Position numbers and translations under genes: made by a program. A model generated the notes under the pieces. It saw nothing but the letters and a program-made list of their open reading frames with translations. It was not told the DNA's origin and did no database searches. From Chiloscyllium plagiosum (Eukaryota), in assembly GCF_004010195.1 (NCBI RefSeq), contig NC_057719.1:67793873-67857872 (forward strand): 64,000 bases of DNA. The letters are read 5' to 3'. Positions 1 to 12,545 of this stretch are shown piece after piece (the stretch's first letter is position 1; each line of letters begins with the position of its first letter).

Positions 1-1808
1 AAAAAGGCTTGGCAGGAAGGATTAGGGAGAATCCAAAGGCATTTTACACGTATGTGAGGAATAAGAGAATGATCAAAGAAAGAGTAGGGCTGATCAGGGA
101 TAGCATAGGGAACTTGTGTATAGAGTCTGAGCAGGTAGGGAAAGTCCTAAATGAGTTTTTTGCTTCTGTGTTTACTAAATAAAAGGACCTTGTAGTGAAT
201 GAAACCATTGAGGAGCAGGTAAGGATGCTGGAATGGATAGAGATTGAAGAAGCTGATGTATTGAAACTTTTGACAAACATTAAGATTGACAAGTCACCAG
301 GGCCAGACTAGATTTGTCCTCGGCTCTCCACCGGAGTCGTACCGGAGGACTGGAGGGAGGCAAATGTAATTCCTCTCTTCAAGAAAGGAAATAGGGAAAT
401 CCCCAGCAATTACAGACCAGTCACTCTCACAGCTGTTGTCTGCAAGGTGTTAGAAAGGATTCTGAGGGATAGGATTTATGACCATCTAGAAGACATGGCT
501 TGATTAAAGGCAGTCAGCACGGCTTTGTGAGGGGCAGGTCATGCCTCACAAATCTTATTGAGTTCTTTGAGGATGTTACTAGACAAGTTGATGAGGGTCG
601 AGCGGTGGATGTTGTGTATATGGATTTCAGTAAGGCATTTGATAAGGTTCCCATGGTAGCTCGTTCAGAAGGTGAGGAGGAATGGGATTCAGGGAAATTT
701 AGCTGTCTGGATACAGAATTGGCTGGTCGACAGAAGACAGCGAGTGATAGTGGAAGGAAAGTATTCTGCCTGGAAGTCAGTGGTGAGTGGTGTTTCACAG
801 GGCTCTGTTCTTGGGCCTCTACTCTTTGTAATTTTTAATAATGACTTGGATGAGAGGATTGAAGGATGGGTCAGCAAGTTTGCAGACGACACAAAGGTTG
901 GAGGTGTCGTTGACAGTATAGAGGACTGATGTAGGCTCCAGCGTGACATTGACGGAATGCAGAGATGGGCTGAGAGGTGGCAGATGGAGTTCAACCTGGA
1001 TAAATGCGAAGTGATGCATTTTGGAAGGTTGAACTTGAAAGTTGAGTACAGGATTAAAGACAGGATTCTTGGCAGTGTGGAGGAACAGCGGGATCTGGGT
1101 ATGCAGGTACATAGATCCTTTAAAATTACCACCCAGATGGACAGGGTTGTTAAGAAAGCATATGGTGTTTTGGCTTTCATTAACAGGGGGATTGAGTTTA
1201 AAAGCCGTGAGATCTTGTTGCAGCTCTATAAAACTTTGGTTAGACTGCTCTTGGAATACTGTGTCCAGTTCTGGTTGCCCTATTATAGGAAAGATGTGGA
1301 TGCTTTGGAGAGGGGAAAGATGTGGATGCTTTGGAGAGGGTTCAGAGAAGGTTTACCAAGATGCTGCCTGGACTGGAGAGCTTATCTTACAAAGAGAGGT
1401 TGACTGAGCTCGGACTTTTTTCATTGGAAAAAAGAAGGAAGAGAGGGGACCTAATTGAGGTGTACAAGATAATGAGAGGCATAGATAGAGTTGATAGCCA
1501 GAAACTTTTTCCCAGGGCAGAAATTGTTAACACGAGGGGTTATAGTTTTAAGCTGTTTGGCGGAAAGTATAGAGGGGATGTCAGACGCGGGTTCTTACGC
1601 AGAGAGTTGTGAGAGCATGGAATGCATTTCCAGCAACAGTTGTGGAAGCGAGGTCATTGGGGATATTTAAGAGACTGTTGGACATGATTATGGTCACAGA
1701 AATTTTAGAGTTTGTACATTAGGTTTACCTCATATGAGGATCGATGGTCGGCACAACATCGTGGGCTGAAGGGCCTGTTCTGTGCTGTACTGTTCTATGT
1801 TCTATGTT
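1..1808 (+). mobile_element. CR1-clade LINE, 3' part of ORF2 (reverse transcriptase), frameshifted
   Basis: ORFs 500-838, 672-929, 957-1403 and 1322-1612 give CR1 RT motifs ([58 protein letters not shown]). The element ends in TTCTATG repeats at about 1792-1808. Confidence 0.95.
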
Positions 1809-1924
1809 TCAGAAGGAATTACTCCAGTCTTTGAATCCCTCCTAAAGGCTGGAGTGATAATCCCCTGTTAGAACTCACTGGTGAGAACCCCCATATTTCC
1901 AATCAAAAAAGCAAAGTGACAGCA

Positions 1925-2180
1925 GATTCAGAGGGGATTTGAGAGAAAACCTTTTTCACTCAACATGTGGTTGGAACCTGGAATGCACTGCCTGAGAAGG
2001 TAGTGGAGGCCAGAAAATCTACAACCTTTAAAAGATATTTGGATGAGCACTTCAAATATCATAACATTCAAGGGTATGGGACAAGTTATGGAAATTGAGA
2101 TTAGAGTGCCTTTCGTGCTGGTTAAGTTAGTGCAGACTTGATGGGCCAAAGGGCCTTTTCTGTGCGCCATGAATCTATAA
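1925..2180 (+). mobile_element. CR1 LINE 3' terminal fragment
   Basis: ttcactcaacatgtggttggaacctggaatgcactgcctg ... gggccaaagggcct resembles the 3' end of the CR1 at 1-1808. Confidence 0.75.
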
Positions 2181-2282
2181 ACTGCAGGCAACTAATGTAG
2201 TTGTGACATCATATGGCAGGGTCAATCTCTCATTTCATTGATGCCTAAGGTTTAATCTTTTGATATATCAGTTATCTTTTTA

Positions 2283-2562
2283 TCATAGAATCCCTACTGT
2301 GTGGAAACAGTCCATTTGGCCCAACAAGTCCACACTAACCCTCCAAAGAGAAACCACCCAGACTTATTCCCCTAATCTACACATCTCAGGATACTATGGG
2401 CAATTTAGCTCGGCCAATCCACCTAACCTGCACATCTTTGGATTGTGGGAGGAAAGCGGAGCAAACCTACACAGACATAGGGAGAATGTGCAAACTCCAC
2501 ACAGAGAGTTGCCCAAGGCTGGGATCGAACCCAGGTCCCTGAGCCATTGTGCTGCCCCACCA
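2283..2562 (-). mobile_element. tRNA-derived SINE with CR1-like 3' tail
   Basis: Reverse complement has a B-box (ggttcgatccc) and the body tgtgtggagtttgcacattctccc shared with the SINEs at 15348, 19376 and 58188. Confidence 0.85.
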
Positions 2563-2708
2563 TGCTGACATTATTCAGTAGACCTTTTGATGTAATACAT
2601 CTTTTCAGAAAACCAACTATTGCCAATCCATTTCTGCAGACCAGGGTTCAGGTCCTGTTTTTTTCTTTAAAAAAAATGCCTACTTTAAAAGCTCCCTTGG
2701 CATGTTAG

Positions 2709-2714
2709 TTTATT
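2709..2714 (-). promoter_or_regulatory. Candidate polyadenylation signal AATAAA of the minus-strand gene
   Basis: tttatt on the + strand, about 83 nt 3' of the predicted stop codon at 2797-2799. Confidence 0.4.
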
Positions 2715-2796
2715 GGTCATGATTTATGTAGTGCAATTTAACAGAAGTGTTTTTCTGTAATTGCAACCGTGAGGAATAAAATGCATTGTCTTGACA

Positions 2797-2873
2797 TCAG
2801 GCTAAAGTTTCTTCTGCGATACTTCTTCCTGAACTGTGATTATTAGGAAGGGTGATAAGCAAATCTTTCAGAC
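2797..2873 (-). CDS. Unidentified gene, predicted last coding exon: (G)LKDLLITLPNNHSSGRSIAEETLA*
   Basis: Acceptor actttttatag|GT. The phase-1 start matches the phase-1 end of exon 4369-4453. Frame is open to TGA at 2799-2797. Confidence 0.6.
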
Positions 2874-3219
2874 CTATAAAAAGTCCTAATTAGTGATTTT
2901 TTTTCAGATTACGCTAAATTGTTCAAAACACAAAGACAACATTCAGGAATGAATGCCTCACCAAAGCTGAATAATTAGATTTCAATGAGCAATTTATTAG
3001 GAAGGAAAGCTACTTTGGAATTAATAAACTGGGGGCAAGTATTTTAAATATAACGCACATCTTCCTCATTAATTTTATTACTGTGCTTTGATCCTTGAAA
3101 CTACTATTTTGGGATGTCCTTTATACCGGATCGTCCCAACTGAAATGAACTTGGCTAATACATCAACAAAAGGATATCATACACAATGGAGAAGGTTTCT
3201 GTCATAAAAGCCAACAATT

Positions 3220-3335
3220 GTGGATATTGAGATCTGAAACAAAAACAGAAATTGCTGAAAAACTCAGCAGGACAAGCAGTATCAGTGGAGAAAAAAGCAA
3301 AGTCCATGTTTCAGGTCCAGAGACCATTCTTCAGG
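3220..3335 (-). mobile_element. Short PLE-derived terminal fragment with degenerate hammerhead motif
   Basis: Minus strand reads ctgaaga-at-ggtc-tctg-gacc-t-gaaacatg. Related fragments lie at about 41140-41270 and 62395-62500. Confidence 0.55.
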
Positions 3336-3411
3336 AGGAGCTATCTATACTGGGTTTTTTTATTACATAGAAAGAACACTTCTAAATGAAATATTACAAC
3401 TTTTATTTATA

Positions 3412-3930
3412 GGGTCATAGGGTCATACAGTATGGAAACAGACTCATTGTTCTAAACAGTCTCAAAATAATCTCAAAATAAACTAGTCCCATCTGCCTAT
3501 GCTTGGCCCATATCCCTCCAAATATGTCTTATTCATGTACTTATCCAGATGTCTTTCAAATGTTGTAACTGTGATCCATCCACCACTTCCTCTGGAATTT
3601 CATTCCACATGTGAACCACTCCATGTAAAAAAAAATTGCCTCTCATGTATTGTTTAAATCTTTCTCCTCTCACACCCCCTAGTCTTGAAATCTCCCACCC
3701 AAGGAAAAAGTTGCCTACTATTCACCTTGTCTAAACCCCTCATTATTTTATAAACCTCTATAAAGTCACCTCTCAACCTCTTACGCTCCAGTGAAAAAAG
3801 TCCTAGCCTATCCAGCCTCTTCTTATAACTCAAACCCTCTATTCCCAGCAACATTCCGGCAAATCTGTTCTGAGCTCTCACTAGCTTAATAATACTCTTT
3901 CTATAATATGGAGACCAGAACTGGACACAG
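3412..3930 (-). mobile_element. CR1 LINE 3' end
   Basis: ORF 3654-3881 (LSYKKRLDRLGLFSLERKRLRGDFIEVYKIM) followed by CR1 3' UTR. Confidence 0.9.
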
Positions 3931-4368
3931 TTTATTTATTAATTATTTACATTTATTCTTCTCAATATTTGAAATCAGTTATGTTTTGTGATAATATTGG
4001 ATTCCAAATTATATATTCCTTATTAAATCATTTGATGCTGAATTATGGGCCTGGTAAAAGTACATTTTTTTTAGAAGTAACCAAGATTGGATATGTTATA
4101 TTAAAATTTAAAAGAAATAGACTTTCCAAATCTTGCACAATTGATCAACTTGTGTTTATGTAGTTGATGTAACATATAACATATAACACATTATCAACAA
4201 TTAGCATCATCACAAAAAGATCGTGGTTTCAAGCTGCATATGTATCATGCCATAATTACTTGAGAATTATTCATCAGATTCTTATTTGAACTTATCTAGA
4301 AATGAAAGATTAATGCAAAGAATCATCCAAGTCTATAATTTTTCATAATAGCATATAAGAGCAAATAC

Positions 4369-4453
4369 CTGACATCGTCTCAGTTATTAGAGAGAGATGC
4401 AAAGGTTTTTTGGCAGGCAAGAAGGGAAGATCAAAATACCCGAAGTCTCTCTC
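4369..4453 (-). CDS. Unidentified gene exon: ERDFGYFDLPFLPAKKPLHLSLITETMS(G)
   Basis: tttatatgtag|GAG ... TCAG|gtattt. 85 nt, phase 0->1, open frame, non-repeat context. Confidence 0.7.
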
Positions 4454-4690
4454 CTACATATAAATGACAAGTTGAAAAACAGCATCAAATAAGGTCTTGC
4501 AGCAGATCACCTACCCAATCTCTTAACTAGGCAATGCTATTTGACTTAGGAGAGACGGGTGAATTTAAGTGCAAAAGGAAGTTTAAAAGTGAATGGGATA
4601 AATTCCAAACCAGGAGTATCAGAAGTCTAACTGATTCCTAACATGGTGCATATGTCCATAATTTACGACATTTTCTTGTGATACAATCAC

Positions 4691-4778
4691 CTGAATGAAG
4701 ATAACATATTCTCCAGAAAGCCTATTGGTTTGGATGGTTACAGTTAATACCCGTTCGATGCATGATCCACTATAATTG
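4691..4778 (-). CDS. Unidentified gene exon: NYSGSCIERVLTVTIQTNRLSGEYVIFIQ
   Basis: gttttattttag|C ... CAG|gtgatt. 88 nt, phase 2->0, joins exon 4369-4453 in frame. Confidence 0.7.
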
Positions 4779-6529
4779 CTAAAATAAAACTTCTCCTACC
4801 GATTATTACGAATGCAATCATTTACATGGTTTCCTTTCTATTTTATATTTTCTTCGAGGCTTTACTTTGGTATCTTTATCACATATGTAATAATAACTCA
4901 ATTTTGCCAGAGATCAGTTTTTTTAATTTTAAAATTTCTTTACTACTTTTATGTTGGCAGAAGAGAGTATCATTTTATTGATATACATTGATGCATCATT
5001 GATATATAGCATTATATAACCTATGAAAAGTATAACATCTGTATTTCCTTATCAGAATTGGAAATGTTAATAACCAAAGCAATTGCAACGGTCAACTGTA
5101 AATGGCTTCATATGAATAAAACAAAACATTTGCCAAAATAAATACTTTTCCACTGTAGTAGGCAATTAAATAATCTGAGTTATGAGGGGGGAAAAGTTTA
5201 TTTTGCAATCAACTGAAGCTTGGAAATAAATTCTGGTTGAAATATAATTTCCTGATATATCATTCCCAATAATGCCTATAATACATTCACATGTTTTGCA
5301 TAGACAAGTCGTATCCTTTTCAATTCTGAACAATTTTATATTTAAGATAACTTGCATATGTTGATTTACATTAATTGTTGCACTTTAATTATTCTCTAAT
5401 TTAATGGCTAGGAGGCTTCTGCATTTCCTAAAGTGTAGAACTCTTCAGAAAAAAAAATCACTTTATACTCTCCCCCAAGCTCCCATCATCTTATCTATGT
5501 AACCTGCTGCAACCCTTGCAGCCCATATTTTCCAGTTTCTTGCCCGGCATTCCTTCTGTCAAGCCTTTGATCTGAAATTTCCCTCCAAAAGCTCCCTACA
5601 GCTCCTTATTCAACTTTTAAAACACTGCCTTCCTGTTCATAACATCAGCTTAGTGAATGAATCTATGATCTCACCCACAACTCAAAGTACAAATCTTTTA
5701 GAAAAAGTTCATACTGTATTTTTCCTTATGCCTCTGTGAAGTGACATGTTTCATCTTATCTGTGTTAAAGGCACTATATCAGTTCAAGTTATTGTTAAAT
5801 CTAAGCAGAATTTATCTTTCATTTGTACCATTAAATTGGAGAAAGGTAATTTGTTATGTAAATAATTCATTGACATTTCAAAAGTAACTTCAAAATCAAA
5901 TTGTTTGGTAGATTTCATGGTGATAAAAGACACATTTTGTCAAAGGTTTTCATTTTACACTCACCAGGACAATTCACAAGAAATACCAAAGTAAAGAGTA
6001 ACCTTTACTCTGCATGAGAGGGGAGTGCTGACTGTTTGGCAAATGGATTCAAATTATTAAAGGCGTTAACATGGTAATTGCACCAGTTAATGATGAGTTC
6101 CAGTTAATTGTCAACTTTGTTTAAATTTTAAACCAGGTAGGTTGATTCTGATTGACCAAGTCGTTGCCCTGAGAAGTGAAGTAGAAAATGGCTGTCATCT
6201 AATTTTTTTTTAGTTGAAACAGATGCAGTTTATCTATGTGTTCTTTCTGTCTGCAAAGGACAGTCCTGCGTATTAATTTATGTGAATTCCAATCCAAGGA
6301 AGTGTGCCACATTGTGAGCCCAGCTGACAATCCTAAAATGGCTGTCAACATATTTCTTTGCACAGTCAGGATTATTTAGCAAATGTTGTTCAGTTGTCGA
6401 ATTACATCTAATGTTGAAAATTGTTTGGGTCTTTTACTAGGAATGCTCATTAAAAGGTTCTATAATTGTGTTACTTGGATCATCCACCTCTGCCTCCTTC
6501 TGAGGTCCCCAGCATTAGAGATTCTAGTA

Positions 6530-9200
6530 ACATAGGAGCATAGGAACTGGGATAGGTGATTCAGGCTTTGAGCCTGCTCCATCAATTAATTGATCATAGC
6601 TGATAAAACACGTCAATACCTTCTGCCCACATTATCCCCATAACCCTTGGTTCAGTTATGCTGGTAATCAGAATCTCAACTTTAAATATACTCAAAGATA
6701 TAGCTTCCACAGCTCACTGAGAATTCCAAAGTTTCATAACACTCTGAGTTAAAAGGTTTCTCCTCAACTTGGTCCTTAATGGCATCCCGCTTGATTTTAA
6801 ATTGTGCCTGTGGTTCTAGATTCACCACCTAGAGGAAACATCTTACCATGCAGCTCCCCTATGTCACACTTCACAGAGGTAGTGTGCTGGAAATCAAGCT
6901 CTGCTATTCCCTGTTATTTCAAAACAAAAGTCAAAATCTTTAAAATAAGTGCATAAGAGTACTGTGAGCAATTTTGGACCCCATACCTCAGGAAGGATGT
7001 ATTGGCCCTGGAGCTCGTCCAGAGGAGGAACACGAGAATGATCCTAGCAATGAAAGGCTTAACATATGAGGAACATTTGAGGACTCTGGGACTATACTCG
7101 GTGAAGTATAGAAGGATGAGGGAGGATCTGATTGAAACTTACAGAACACTGAATGACCTGGACGAAGTGAATGTTGGGAAGGTATTTCCATTGACAGGAG
7201 AGATAAGGACCTGAAGGCACAGCCTTAGAGTAAATGGAAGACCCTTTAGAATGGAGAATTGATTTTAACCTCAACATTACATTCCTGCATACGCCCAATA
7301 ATCTCTCATCTATTTGGTAATCAAGAATAATTGCCTTAAAAAAAATGTAAGTCTGCATCCACTGCCTTTTGAGGAAAGGAATTCCAAAGACTCACAACCG
7401 TCTTAAGAGAAAAACTAATTCCTCATCTTTGTTTTAAGTGAGCAACCCATTATTTTTAAACTATGATGCCCTAGTTCTAGAGTCTTCCACTAAAGGAGAC
7501 ATCTATTCTATCAAGTCTCCTCAGGATCTTATATGTTTCAATTACATCACCTCTGACTCTTAAAAACTCAAGAAGATACAGTCCTAGCCTGTCCAGCCTT
7601 TCTTCAAAAGGAACTCCATTCATTCCAGGTGTTAGTCTAGTAAACGTTCCCTGAACTGCTTCCAACGCGATTCTTTGACACTCCAGGGAAACTCATGTTT
7701 GGGCAATCTCCCTTTGTAAGACAGTCCTGCTATCTCAGGAATAGGTCTGATGGACCTTTAGTGCACTCCCTCTGATGACAATAATATCTTCCCTGAGGTT
7801 GGGAAACTAAAACTACACACACCACTCCAAGTATGTTCTATTACATAATTGAAGTTGCAATGTGTTGAAAGGTACTCTCTATGCAACCTTGGTGAATCTC
7901 TGCAATACACCTTGCAGATGATACACACTGCTGCTACCCTGTTGGGAAGAAGGTATCTCAAACTACTGCCAAGAAGTTCATTCCCATCTTTAGAAGATCA
8001 ATTTAAGATGAATATTAATGTTCACCTTATCAGCTACGCCCAAATTGCATGGACACAAAATAGAAATTAATTGATATGTATTTTGCTCAATGAAGTGACC
8101 TGTTATTTGGTCTAATCTGCAGTGCATTTACAGCACAACAAATGGCCTTTCAACCAAACAGGACCATGCGCCAGTGTTTATCCTCCATATCAGCCCCTTC
8201 CAAACCTTCATCATATTCTCTATTCCTACCTGTCCTATCTATTTATGTAGCTTCCTCTTGAATGCATCTATGCCAAATCCCTCAATCACTTACCATAGTA
8301 CTGAGTCCCATATTGTAACCATTCTCTCCATTAAGAGGTTCTCCTGCATTTCCTGTGGGATTTATTAGTGACTATCCAATTCTCATGGCCCTTGGTACTG
8401 GTCTCGCTAACAATTGGAAATATCGTTTTCCCATCCCTATTAAACTGTCCCTTAATATTAATAAACCTCCATTAGGTTATCCTAATTCAGTCCCCAGTTA
8501 TCTCTTTTCTAAACAAAAGAGCCTGAGACTGTTCAATCTTTCCTGACAGGTATTCCCTCTCAGTTCTGGTATCACTTTCATTCTCCAGTCCCTTTACATT
8601 CGGTTTTATAAAACTGTTAACACATACTCCAAGTGTGGTCTAACCAAAGTTCTATACAAATTTAACATGACTGCTCTACTTTGCAATTCTATTCCACCAG
8701 GAATAAACACTAGAGTATTGTTTTCAGTTTATGGCCTCACTAATCTGTGTCACTGATTTTTAGTCATGTGTACATTTATTTAGCAGTTTCCTCTGTTCCT
8801 CTATCCCAGATCTGCACTTATTTTCTACAAACTACATTGCCTCTTTATTCTTATTACAGTAATGTATTAACTTGCACTAATCTACACTGAAGTTCATTTT
8901 CCAATCACAGATCCATTCTGGATGTTTGTTCTGCATTCTGTTCCTCTTATTCTGACTTCTGTCACAGCCTTCCTTTTTATCAAACAGACCTCCAGTTTGG
9001 CATACTCCACACATTTTGAAATTATGCTGGCAATTCCTGAGTTCAAGTCGGATCAATAAAAGATGAACAGCAGTGACTTCAGCAGCAATCCTTGTGGAAC
9101 ACACTCTCTCATTATTTACCCATCTGAGCCTTACTTTAAACCCTACTCTTTCCAGTTTTGCAGCCAGCTTGCTACCTGTTCTGCTATTTGCTCCCAACTC
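6530..9200. mobile_element. Cluster of old CR1 fragments on both strands
   Basis: ORF 7002-7214 (+; ALELVQRRNTRMI) and ORF 7477-7665 (-; RLDRLGLYLLEFLRVRGDVIETYK). Decayed CR1-like sequence continues to about 9200. Confidence 0.7.
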
Positions 9201-9729
9201 CACATGCACCAGCTTTATATTTTTTAAAAATGTATTCACAGATTGTGGTCGCTTCTGGCTAAGTCAGCTTTTATAGCTCATCCCTAATTGTCCTTGAGAA
9301 GGTAATGGGTGCTGTGCAGGCAAGCTGTGCTGAATGAGCCATACCACCCTCTTTGAGAATGGGAAACTACAGGGCTGATTTGGCCTATGATAGAGGAGAA
9401 CCACTTCCTTGTCTAACTAGAAGAATCTCTTGTTAACAAGATAAAGTGACGGATTTTCCCATTTACAGTTAAAGTTTGGTTAGTGATTGAGTTTTATGTG
9501 TCTCATCCACTATGGCCTATGCCAACATTTTTCCTGCAATCTTTGACTTTTAACCTCATTAATTATGCAAAGACTATTGGTCACATTTCTTTGGGAACTG
9601 CATGGCCAAAAAGCCTAAAGTGCTCGCCAATGGCAAGATCTTCTGGCTTGTGCACTTCCAGCGCCATGTTCAAAGCCCAGCTGCACTTCAAGCAGGAACT
9701 ATGTCTCAAATTGTGGTATTTGACCTGAA

Positions 9730-9960
9730 AATGTCTCAGAGGAAAGGCAAGTTAGCTCCCCTTTCCCACTGCCAGCATCTGGTGAACAAGTGGTGGAGTG
9801 GGTTAGATTTCTTCTTCCCATTGACTGCCAAAGGTGGCCATGCTAACAGACCCAGTCAGCTACAACAGAAATTGGACCACAGGCAAGTGCTGTATTTCAA
9901 GCCAAAATGGATCCACCAATGCCACAAGGAGATCCATGATCTTCTGTGCTCCCCAAAAGG
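9730..9960 (+). mobile_element. Decayed Myb/SANT-like ORF, probably a Harbinger accessory protein relic
   Basis: Peptide MSQRKGKLAP...WIHQCHKEIHDLL resembles the AP(R)F...QCRKKxNDL pattern of Myb/SANT-like domains. Confidence 0.45.
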
Positions 9961-11389
9961 TAAGTACCACCATTTTCCTATGTTCCCTCACTGCTCACTG
10001 TGTCTGCCACTGCAAACACCTTGCACCTAGGGTCACGATCTACAACTCAGTACTGCACACATCATTTTCACTCCAGAGCTCAAACCTACCACATGTTCTC
10101 ATGCTACTAACTCTTCACCCTCTCTGTATTTTCTATTCACTAACTGGGCACACGTTATTGGCTCTCTTGCTCATGCATGACCATAAACAGCTCTTTTTTC
10201 CAAATCCATCATACTGAATCTCTCCCTTTCTCTGACTGCAGGAAAAACTGGCCCACTAATGTATTGAATTCTCAACAGCATTCCAAGTGATATCCCTGTA
10301 ATCCTTGGACTGCTTGCACTTGATCTGCATAGATCATGACTAACCCCTGTAATGTAATTAATTGAGCCCTTGACTGACTGATGGTAACTCTTGAATGATT
10401 GCAGTTCCCCTCACAATGGCTATGGACTCCTCCCTTTAACTTTCCCACATTGCCATTTGCTTGAAGCACATGTAGAGTGTTTATTATGTACGTTGCTCAC
10501 ATATACTGCAGCCCTGATGTTCATGTAGAACACGTGCCATATGGTTCAGGCCCAGCCTGACTGATAGATTAATTGTTCAGCACTCCCCATTGTCACAAGC
10601 TGCCTGCTAAAAAGCAAGCTAATCCATATAGGCTGGAAGCATACTACTCGTGCTAACGTCAGTGTGCACTAAAAAAGCAATGCGGCGCAGAATGTGGCAG
10701 ACAGCCTCCAAGTAATCATTGAATGAGTGATTACTGAAAAGGCAAGCTAAGAACTATAAGGTGTTTGTGTCTACATCAACACAAACACATCGTATATGGA
10801 AGTATAACATGTGTTTCTGTTCCTGCGGGTTAAGTAATTTAGCTCTTATGTCTTTAACTTCTGCTCCTATGGCTTACAGTCTTAAATATTCAAGGCTGAA
10901 ATAAACAGATTTTTAATCAGTAGGGGAATCAAGGATAATGGGGAAAGGCAGGAAAAGGGAATTGAGGATCATCAGATCAGCCATAAGTTCATTGAACAAC
11001 AGAGCAGACTCAATGGGCTGAATGATCTACATCTGCTCCTATGGCTTACAGTCTTATGGACTAAGCACATAAACTGTATGTGTCTAAAGTTGTGGGAGTT
11101 GGCCAGAGAGCAGGCATGTTAATGTGGTGAAGTTGCTGATTACCAACCTGGAGCCATGAAGATGAAGAATCAACGAGAAGAGTGGCCACGCCCAATGAAG
11201 AGCATTGAGTGGAAGAAGCAGTTGCAAGATGCCCAGGACAGGCTTGAGGCAAGCTGCAGCCATCAGGTGCCCACTCTGTTATACCCATCAAGAATTTGCA
11301 CCACTTTCTTTCTCAATGGAAGATTCAAGAAATGGAAGAGGCATATAAATAAGGTGACGTGGGAAATATTCATGAGATATAATGAATAG

Positions 11390-11810
11390 ACTGGAGAGAC
11401 TGGATAGGCTGGGTTTGTTTTCCTTGGAACAGAGGAGGCTGAGGGGGGCTGAGGTGTAGAAAATTATGAGAGGCAGAAACTGAGCAGATCATGCAAATCT
11501 TTTCCCCATGGCAGACTTGTCTCAGACTAGAGGAATAAGTTTAAGATGAGGAGCAAGTGATTTAGAGGAGATTTGAGAAAAAGAAATCACCCAGATGATA
11601 GTGGAAATATGGAATGTGCTGCTTGAGAGGATGGTAGAGGCAAGTACTTTTGCAATATTAAAGAAACAACTGAATGAATACATAAAATGTCAGGGCATTA
11701 GGCTATGGACCACTTGCAGGAAAATGGGATTAGTGTAGTTTTGTGCTTGTTGATCTGCATAGACAAGGTTGCTGAAGGTCTGCTTCTACACAGTCTGACT
11801 CGATGACTCT
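11390..11810 (+). mobile_element. CR1 LINE 3' fragment
   Basis: gactggataggctgggtttgttttccttggaacagaggaggctgagggg (RLGLFSLEQRRLRG) plus CR1 3' UTR. Confidence 0.8.
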
Positions 11811-12099
11811 AAATAGACATCTCACTGCGCACAATGGGATTCTCATTTCCTATTTCATGACATGGTTTCTAGAATTGGGCTTATCTTTTTCAACATGGAG
11901 AATTCCACATTTCCAATCCCATTATGTTTTTCCAACTGGCTTGTGATAATATTTTCACTCTCCTGTTGTGGTGAGACTAATTTCAAGAACAGTTCTTAAA
12001 TACAGTGAACAAAATCAGATTCTTGACGTCAATCAATATTTTCCTGATTTTCCTAGAAGCTGAAAATGACAACTACAAAATCTCACCACGGACTTTCAA

Positions 12100-12545
12100 T
12101 CATAAAACTATCCCTCCACCACTACCCTTTTGCAAGCCAATTTTGGATCCAGTTTGTCAACATACCTTGGATCCCATTTACTCTTACCTTTTGGACCTGC
12201 CCTCCATGTGGGACCTTGCCAAAGGCTTTACTGAACTCCATGTAATCCACATCTAATCCACACTATCCTCAACATATTTAGTCACCTTTTCAAAACATCT
12301 AAGATTTCCCTCTTACAAATCTGTGCTGAGTACCCCTGATCAATTCCTGCCTTTCCAAGTGTTGATTAATCCTATCCCTTAGTTTTTCTTCCAATAATTT
12401 CCCTAGCACTGACATCAGATTAACTGCTCTATAATTACCTGGCCTATCCCTGCTGCCTTTAAAGAACAAAGGAACCACATTTGCTATCCTCCAGTCATCT
12501 GGCACTTCACCTGTGGCCAGTAAAGTATTAAATATCTTCACCAGG
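12100..12545 (-). mobile_element. CR1 RT fragment
   Basis: ORF 12299-12610: GEVPDDWRIANVVPLFFKGSRDRPGNYRAVNL...QHRFVRGKS. Confidence 0.85.

Noticed and set aside
1289..1340. 26-bp tandem duplication inside CR1
   Set aside because: Real, but an ordinary slippage frameshift in a dead LINE copy.
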